Shown: positions 57,980-64,000 of the stretch, piece after piece | Numbering within the stretch: position 1 is the first letter of the stretch | How the letters are laid out: every line of letters begins with the position of its first letter | Source of the DNA: an uncultured delta proteobacterium | GTDB lineage: Bacteria; Desulfobacterota; Desulfobacteria; Desulfobacterales; Desulfosalsimonadaceae | Direction of reading: 5' to 3' | Length of the DNA stretch: 64,000 nt | Assembly: GCA_963826785.1 (NCBI GenBank) | Contig: CAWGYD010000008.1 | Coordinates: forward strand, 384,001 to 448,000 | Program-made: the position numbers and the translations under genes | The notes under the pieces: model-generated | Told to the model about the DNA's origin: nothing | Databases searched by the model: none | The model's input: the letters and a program-made list of their open reading frames with translations, nothing else

Positions 57980-58917
57980 GATTCACCCCCATACGGCCGG
58001 GTCGCTTTTTCGATTTTGCCGATTCGCTTTTTTAAAAGGTACAGCTCCTTCTGCATTTCCTCAAAATCGGATATGCTGGGCAGGGACAGGTACTGCAGAA
58101 GATCGTTGACCAGTTCCCGACGGGCCTTGGCGTATGCGGAAGCGGCGTTGAGGGCTTCTGAGAGCATTTTCAGGTATTCCGGGCTGCGCAGCAGGCGCAT
58201 GTAATGGCCTTCCAGGATCTTGATCCAGATGGTGTAATAGGATCTGAGATCTTCCGGCAATCCGTTTCGGATGGATTTTTCAGCGATTTGCTCCTGGAAG
58301 GTCGCAAATGAATCATAGAGGGGCTGAAATACCAGCTGCAGAAATCCGGCCATGATGGTCTCGAGTTGTCCCAGGCAGTCGAAGAACTGGCTGAACTTCT
58401 CCTGGTGATACCGCATCAGACCCAGCTGGGGAATATTGATGAATTTCCTAAATTCCGAATCATAGACATCGTGCCATATCCGGAACGCCTGGCGGTCAAC
58501 ACCCGGGGAAATGGCATACTGCGCCGATTTTCCCATCTGCCCGGTCATTTTGCCGGTCATCTCCGCCAGGTTGTCGAATGCCGGCTGAATCATTTTCAAG
58601 ATGATGTCCGGAATGGCGGTGACGCTTTTCAGGGAGGACACCAGTGAATCCGGCTGGCCCATGGCCGATGCCAGGGCGCCGGCAGCCGTCATGGACGCCG
58701 CCAGAACCTGGGCGGCAGATCCCGCCAAAGGATCGTGATCAGCATCACCATGATCCTCGTCTTTCACATGGTCTTTTACATGCTCGAAAGTACCCGATTC
58801 CGGTTGCGGCATCATCGATCCGGCCATCTGCAGCCAGAAATCCGTTGCTGATTTCATCCATGTGCCGAAAACTTCGGCGGGTTCGTTATGATGTTCACCG
58901 GCCGCTGTCATATTCAT
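57976..58917 (-). CDS. phaE: Class III PHA synthase subunit PhaE
   Basis: PQLGLMRY, YY..WIKILE..Y...L.SPEY, C-terminal ELYLLKKRI; ATGA overlap with phaC. Confidence 0.88.
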   Translation of the reverse strand: MNMTAAGEHHNEPAEVFGTWMKSATDFWLQMAGSMMPQPESGTFEHVKDHVKDEDHGDADHDPLAGSAAQVLAASMTAAGALASAMGQPDSLVSSLKSVTAIPDIILKMIQPAFDNLAEMTGKMTGQMGKSAQYAISPGVDRQAFRIWHDVYDSEFRKFINIPQLGLMRYHQEKFSQFFDCLGQLETIMAGFLQLVFQPLYDSFATFQEQIAEKSIRNGLPEDLRSYYTIWIKILEGHYMRLLRSPEYLKMLSEALNAASAYAKARRELVNDLLQYLSLPSISDFEEMQKELYLLKKRIGKIEKATRPYGGES

Positions 58918-59029
58918 CTCACCATCTTATCAGTTGATTATATTGTAAAAAAAGCGCAATCCTCTTTTCTTTTCCGTACGTTTTGAAAAAACAGATTGCG
59001 CTTGGATACTTCTTATCGGCAACAACTTA

Positions 59030-59293
59030 TCAGTGGGTTTCTTCGAGGTATTGCTCCACCTTCCGGTACTGATCATCGACGGCCGCCTTGAAATCACCCA
59101 CCCCTTTCTGGTAAGTCTTGACCCAATCCTTGATGGTCCTTTTTCCATCTTCCGGAAGCCAGGCGCCCTGGTCCAGAAACGTATTGAGCATTTTTTCCCC
59201 CTGCTCCTGGGCCAGACGCATGGCATAAAAGCCATTGTCAAACGTCATCTTGTTAAACTGTACGATTTGCTTTAATACCTGTTTGTTATCCAT
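59030..59293 (-). CDS. Small helical protein, candidate phasin (granule-associated)
   Basis: 87 aa amphipathic helices; AAGGAG RBS; lies between phaR and phaE. Confidence 0.6.
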   Translation of the reverse strand: MDNKQVLKQIVQFNKMTFDNGFYAMRLAQEQGEKMLNTFLDQGAWLPEDGKRTIKDWVKTYQKGVGDFKAAVDDQYRKVEQYLEETH

Positions 59294-59487
59294 GGCAAAT
59301 TCTCCTTTTGCGGTAATCATTTTGTGTAAAGCCTGTCTTGCCCAGGCTTATTGATCGCATGAATTAAAGTAAAATTTTCCCTTCAAATGTCAAATAGGGA
59401 TAAAAGGGGCTGATTCCAGATAACCCTTTGACTTTCTGAAAGGTTTTACATTAGAATATGTCCTGAATGGTGCTTGTCAAGCAGGCC

Positions 59488-59507
59488 TTTTGTTGCAATG
59501 CACAAAA
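59488..59507. promoter_or_regulatory. PhaR-type operator TGC-N3-GCA
   Basis: TTTTGTTGCAATGCACAAAA beside a minus-strand TTGACA (59475-59480), between the phasin candidate and phaR. Confidence 0.7.
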
Positions 59508-59634
59508 CGCAACCGGGCACTTTTGGCCCGGGATTTTTTCAGGTGATATAAGCAGTTATATCTGCTGACAGATTTTTGGGTGATAACTGAAAATTTTATG
59601 TTGAGGGATGATTTTATTCGTGCCGGGGGAGAAA

Positions 59635-60123
59635 ATGGCGGATCCGGAAAAAGTGCATTTAAAGAAGTATGCCAACAGGCGGCTGTATAATACGGAAAAG
59701 AGCGCCTATGTGACCTTGAATGATGTGGCGGGCCTGATCCGCCAGGGCCGGTGGGTCAGCGTGACGGATGCCGACACTGGCGAGGATGTGACCGCGTTTA
59801 CGCTCACGCAGATCATCATGGAGGAGGCCCGGAAGAAAAATGCGCTGCTTCCGGCTCCGCTGCTGCACCTGATCATCCGGTACGGCGAAAACATCCTGTC
59901 CGATTTCTTTGAAAACTACCTCGAAAAAATTCTTAAAAATTATATTTTCTACAAGAATATGGCCGATGACCAGTTCGGAAGATGGCTGGAAATGGGCAGC
60001 CGATTCCAGGACCTGGCCAAGCCCCCTTTTTCCGAAATGAACCCGTTCCAGTCATTTTTCAGGCAGTTTTTCAGGGCGTCCGCCGATGAGAAGGATCAGG
60101 GCGGGAATGACAAAAAGGATTAG
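59635..60123 (+). CDS. phaR: PHA synthesis regulator PhaR/PhaF
   Basis: LKKYANRRLYNTEKSAYVTL and DTGEDVT..TLTQII. Confidence 0.92.
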   Translation: MADPEKVHLKKYANRRLYNTEKSAYVTLNDVAGLIRQGRWVSVTDADTGEDVTAFTLTQIIMEEARKKNALLPAPLLHLIIRYGENILSDFFENYLEKILKNYIFYKNMADDQFGRWLEMGSRFQDLAKPPFSEMNPFQSFFRQFFRASADEKDQGGNDKKD

Positions 60124-60129
60124 AAAAAC

Positions 60130-60173
60130 AAAAACGGCACATGTGCATCCGGAAAAGCACGTGTGCCGTTTTT
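60130..60173. terminator. Bidirectional intrinsic terminator
   Basis: AAAAACGGCACATGTGC...GCACGTGTGCCGTTTTT between convergent phaR and phaZ. Confidence 0.8.
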
Positions 60174-60196
60174 ATTTTTTCTTTTTTCGATTGGCG

Positions 60197-61624
60197 CTAT
60201 GAGGCGATCGACAGCATCGCTTCTGCCCGGTCGCTTCTGGCCATGATGAAATCCACCACCTTGCTGTAATGGTCCCGCAGGATCCGGGAGGACCTGAATA
60301 TGCCCATGTGCCCGGCATCGGCCACCACGGCCAGCTTGTCTTCGGGCGGGACCGATTCGATTTCATCCAGGTGCCCGATCCCCTGCAGCGGCGGAACGAT
60401 TTCATCTCTTGACCCGCCCAGCGCCCAGATGGGCACATTTGCCGGATAGTCCTTTATGCCGACGGTCTTGCCGCCGATGGCCAGACGGCCGCGGATGAGG
60501 TCGTTGTTGACAAAAATTTTCTTGTAGGTGTCGCGGATGAATTCGGCCGGAAAATGATGGCACCAGTTGTACCAGTCATAAAATTCCTTCTGCCGTTTTA
60601 CCCCGTCCCGGTTGCCCGACTTCAGGTCCGCATACATGCGGCGAAAGTTTTTCATGTGCTGTTCAATGCCCAGGAAATAAAACCCCGACACCTGGAGACG
60701 GCCGTCATACACCTTTCGCCCCGCACCGATTTCCCCTTCGGCAATGGTGCCGGAAAACCGGTCGATCAGGTAGTCGATGTATCCCTCACCCATGTGACGG
60801 GAAAAATCGGTCAAAAAACCCGGCTCGGCCTCCGTGTGCATGGGAGAACCGGCGCAGCCGAAGGTTTTGCCCAGCCCGGGGTTTAGAATCAGGGTGGCCA
60901 TCAACAGGGGGCCCGGCTGGCAGACCGCCACCAGGTGGGAGGGATACCCGGTCTTATCTTTCAGATGGGTTAAAATCGAGGTGAATTGCGCCACCTGGCC
61001 GGCAAACCCCTCGTCATGGCGTTTGCCGTCGACCTGCACCGGAATATCCGATGCGCATTTCTGCTCCACCACGGCCATGCGGGTCAGGCCGTTATCCCGC
61101 ATGTACACTGCGGTTCTTTCGGCGATATTGGAATGATGGCCCGCCCGGGGGGCGACTACCACCGTGTAATTTTGGATCGCATGCGGGCCGTCGGCTGAGA
61201 TATCGATCAGCCGCATGGAGGGAAGGTCAAGCAAAACATTTTTTTCCGAATAGCTGACCTGCCAGTCCTGGGGAGCGGGTTCTTTGGTCAGGAAATCGAT
61301 AAATTCACTGTTGATCCGCGCATGGCGGGCCAACTGGTCCAGCATGCCCACCGCGCCGACAGCGGCCGCCTGCTGGAAGAAAAACGCGCCCTTGGCGCCC
61401 GAAACCGCAAGCTGCCGGGTGGTTCTCATGGGGTCGCCTTGCCCTTTGCCATATGAGAAACAGATATCGCTTGCGCTTTTAAACAGATTTTCCATCCGCC
61501 CGGCATGCCGCTCCAGGTTGCGCGCCGCTATTTCAGACAAGGCCGTTCCGGCCTGAAGGGACGCCATCAGGCAATTTGCCGCAACCTTTACCTGCGGAAA
61601 AAAACTCATCAATGATGCTGGCAT
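60197..61624 (-). CDS. phaZ: Intracellular PHB depolymerase-like protein (Cys nucleophile type)
   Basis: APRAGH, AVCQP, GRKVYDG, GSRDEI, GHMGIF. Confidence 0.78.
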   Translation of the reverse strand: MPASLMSFFPQVKVAANCLMASLQAGTALSEIAARNLERHAGRMENLFKSASDICFSYGKGQGDPMRTTRQLAVSGAKGAFFFQQAAAVGAVGMLDQLARHARINSEFIDFLTKEPAPQDWQVSYSEKNVLLDLPSMRLIDISADGPHAIQNYTVVVAPRAGHHSNIAERTAVYMRDNGLTRMAVVEQKCASDIPVQVDGKRHDEGFAGQVAQFTSILTHLKDKTGYPSHLVAVCQPGPLLMATLILNPGLGKTFGCAGSPMHTEAEPGFLTDFSRHMGEGYIDYLIDRFSGTIAEGEIGAGRKVYDGRLQVSGFYFLGIEQHMKNFRRMYADLKSGNRDGVKRQKEFYDWYNWCHHFPAEFIRDTYKKIFVNNDLIRGRLAIGGKTVGIKDYPANVPIWALGGSRDEIVPPLQGIGHLDEIESVPPEDKLAVVADAGHMGIFRSSRILRDHYSKVVDFIMARSDRAEAMLSIAS

Positions 61625-61749
61625 GTATTCCTGCTTCCTTTCTTATCATCGAACTGACGTTCGAATAAAGGTTATCATGTATTCATCGGTGTTTTTAGAA
61701 CGTACGTTCTGTTCATACTCTCAATACCATGGCAGGGAAGTCAATCATT

Positions 61750-61769
61750 TTTTGTGCAGTGCATCATAA
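61750..61769. promoter_or_regulatory. Second PhaR-type operator upstream of phaZ
   Basis: TTTTGTGCAGTGCATCATAA, 17/20 identical to the reverse complement of the 59488 site. Confidence 0.65.
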
Positions 61770-62068
61770 GAGCGGATGGCGCGGCCGTGTTTTCCGTAGC
61801 GTCTTTTGCGCCGGTGATATCGCGTCAAATAAGAATCTGCAAATTTCATGCGCGAAAAGCAGCCGCTATTCATCATGCTTTAAGCATTTAGAAGGCACAT
61901 CGGGTGAGATGGTGCCCACCAAGGCCTGATATGAAAGCATTGGCTGGATCTATTCGGCTGGGTAGCCTGAGGAATGATTCAAATCGAGGCGAGGGATTTG
62001 ACGCACTGCAAAAAAACGCGGGAAACCAAATTTCATGCTCGTCGACCCGGGCGCTTTAATATCCGGAA

Positions 62069-62902
62069 TCAGTCATTTTTGGCCAGGGCATCTTTAAATT
62101 CATTCAGGGCAGCCTGTATCGGAATAGCGCTTCCTGTTGAAGAGCCGCTCATAACACTGATGCCGACCACCTGCCCCTGTTGGTTGATCAGGGGGCCGCC
62201 GCAGTTTTGGGCATGAATACCGGCATCGGTCCGGATGTATCCCCTTATGAATTCCGTAATGGTCCCCCTGCTGGCAAAATCCCGATACGGCATGGGTGCG
62301 CCGATGGCGTAGACAATATCCCCGATTTGAACCGCGCCCGGGGCTGCAGGTTCAATATACGGGGCGATGCACGCGTCTGCCTTGAGCAGCGCCAGGTCAT
62401 AGGCAGTGCTGGTCATCACCAGAACCGCTTTTAGTTCCATGTCGTTTAGCAGGGTGATCTTGTATTCATGAGGCGGCTTTTCTTCTCTAATCCCGTCTCC
62501 GGTCATTTCATCAGTATCTTCAAGGATTTGACCGCCCATGGTGTAAACCGCGATCTGGCTTTTATTGGTCAGGATGTATCCGTCTGGCGATATAAAAAAA
62601 CCGGCGCTGCGGTGGTCATCGGAGTTGATGGTCACCACGCAAAGCGAGGCCTGTTCGACACCGGCACCGCCCGGGTGTTTATCACGACGGGACCCTATGA
62701 GCGCTTTTCTGATATCGAGAAAATCGGGGGCGCCGTCAGACGTGTTTTCCAGCCTTTTGCCCCCATCCGGTCCGGCCTGCGGGGTATCGGTGAATCGGAG
62801 CACCCCGTTTTCATCGGTATACTGATATATGCCGCCATGCCCGGTTCCGGGAAGACCGGCCAGCAGAAAGCACAGGCAAATCCATAAAAGATTTTTTTTC
62901 AT
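62069..62902 (-). CDS. Exported DUF4124 + trypsin-like peptidase-fold protein with a degenerate catalytic triad
   Basis: IYQYTDENGVLRFTDTP; GFFISPDGYILTN; DLALLK; TDAGIHAQNCGGPL. Confidence 0.78.
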   Translation of the reverse strand: MKKNLLWICLCFLLAGLPGTGHGGIYQYTDENGVLRFTDTPQAGPDGGKRLENTSDGAPDFLDIRKALIGSRRDKHPGGAGVEQASLCVVTINSDDHRSAGFFISPDGYILTNKSQIAVYTMGGQILEDTDEMTGDGIREEKPPHEYKITLLNDMELKAVLVMTSTAYDLALLKADACIAPYIEPAAPGAVQIGDIVYAIGAPMPYRDFASRGTITEFIRGYIRTDAGIHAQNCGGPLINQQGQVVGISVMSGSSTGSAIPIQAALNEFKDALAKND

Positions 62903-63140
62903 ATCGGAAAATCCCGATGATCCGGAGGTGAAGCCCTTCATTAAAACTTAAATGGCTAAAAGCCCTCTTCCCCTATGACAAAAATCGGATTTCATGTCAA
63001 TCCGCAAGCGCTGTAATGCGCTTTCCATCCCGGCGTCATTTAGAACGAACGTTCGCTTTTGCTTGACAAGCTGCCGGCGGCACATTAGATCATCTGTTTT
63101 AACGTTCATGAATATCATGCGCCAGGAGGAATCTGCTCAC

Positions 63141-64000
63141 ATGGAATTTTTTTTCAACCCCCGGGGGATTGCACTCATCGGAGCCACTCCCAATCCGCTG
63201 AAGGGGGGGAACACCATACTCAAGAACCTGGTCCACGGATTTGCCGGCCCGATCTATCCCGTCAACTCCCGGTATACCCAAATCGATTCAATGCCATGCT
63301 ACCCCTCCATCGCAGATGTTCCGGACCCGGTGGATCTGGCCATTATTTTTGTCCCGGCCGCTTTGGTGCCGCAAATTTTAAAAAAGTGCGCCGGCAGGGG
63401 CATTCCGGGGGTCATTATCGAATCCGGCGGATTTGCGGAAACCGGGGAGGAAGGGAAAAAACTCCAGGATGAACTGTGCGCCATTGTCCGCAAAACCGGC
63501 ATCCGGGTCTGGGGCCCCAACTGCATGGGCCTGGTGGACGGCGTGAACGGTCATGCGTTTTCGTTTGTATCGCCGGTGATATGGGAGGAAGGGCTGCTTC
63601 CCGGGGAGGTGTCCCTGGTGGTGCAGAGCGGCATGCTTTCCGCCGGGTTCCTGATCGACCTCATCAGCCACGGCATCATGGGCATCAGCAAGGCCTGCTC
63701 CATCGGCAACAAGGCGGACGTCAATGAAATCGATCTGCTTGAATACCTCATCGATGATCCGCACACCGGGGCCGTGGGGCTTTACCTGGAATCCATTCCC
63801 CAGGGGCGGCGGTTTACACAACTCTGCCGGCAAACGAACAAACCGATTGTGGTTTTAAAGGCCGGCAAAAGCCTCAAAGGTGCCGAAGCGGCGATGAGCC
63901 ACACGGCCAGTATGGCCGGAAACGATGCGGTGGTACGAAATTCGCTGATTCAATCCGGAGTGGTCATGGCATCGGATTTCAAGCAGATGATGGATATCTG
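63141..64000 (+). CDS. ADP-forming acetate/acyl-CoA ligase family protein, 5' part (runs off the window)
   Basis: Open frame MEFFFNPRGIALIGA...YPVN...DLAIIFVP...SGGFAE...GPNCMG...QSG...SIGNKAD...SHTAS; AGGAGG RBS; absent from the ORF track because it has no stop codon. Confidence 0.88.
   Translation, partial: MEFFFNPRGIALIGATPNPLKGGNTILKNLVHGFAGPIYPVNSRYTQIDSMPCYPSIADVPDPVDLAIIFVPAALVPQILKKCAGRGIPGVIIESGGFAETGEEGKKLQDELCAIVRKTGIRVWGPNCMGLVDGVNGHAFSFVSPVIWEEGLLPGEVSLVVQSGMLSAGFLIDLISHGIMGISKACSIGNKADVNEIDLLEYLIDDPHTGAVGLYLESIPQGRRFTQLCRQTNKPIVVLKAGKSLKGAEAAMSHTASMAGNDAVVRNSLIQSGVVMASDFKQMMDI

Overview
Gene-dense, GC-rich chromosomal window. Gene content suggests an anaerobic Desulfobacterota (Desulfobacterales-like) bacterium; this is inference only. 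No rRNA, tRNA, CRISPR array or transposase was seen. Main blocks in order: PilZ protein and heme c/PAS histidine kinase; SCP2-like/Fe-ADH/aldehyde:ferredoxin oxidoreductase operon; HtrA; NdvB-like GH17-GT2 glucan synthase; P3A-type H+-ATPase; aminotransferase; USP; TolC-MFP-RND pump; DUF362 Fe-S protein; acyl-CoA carboxylase; 7TM-PAS kinase; a complete V/A-type ATPase operon; a MarR-DsrE-TusA-DsrM/K-like sulfur module; rlmI; a large polyhydroxyalkanoate cluster (phaEC class III, phaJ, phaR, phaZ, phasin candidate, second synthase-like gene); and a truncated ADP-forming acyl-CoA synthetase. The most unusual feature is the V/A-ATPase stator. It encodes three copies of the soluble N-terminal domain of subunit I/a: one free-standing, and one nested inside the 980-aa subunit I itself. 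Other highlights are a MarR-controlled persulfide-carrier/heterodisulfide-reductase-like operon with a leaderless autoregulated promoter, a MITE with target-site duplication, PhaR-type and GAAC-N4-GTTC operators, and six frameshifts in four genes, probably sequencing indels.
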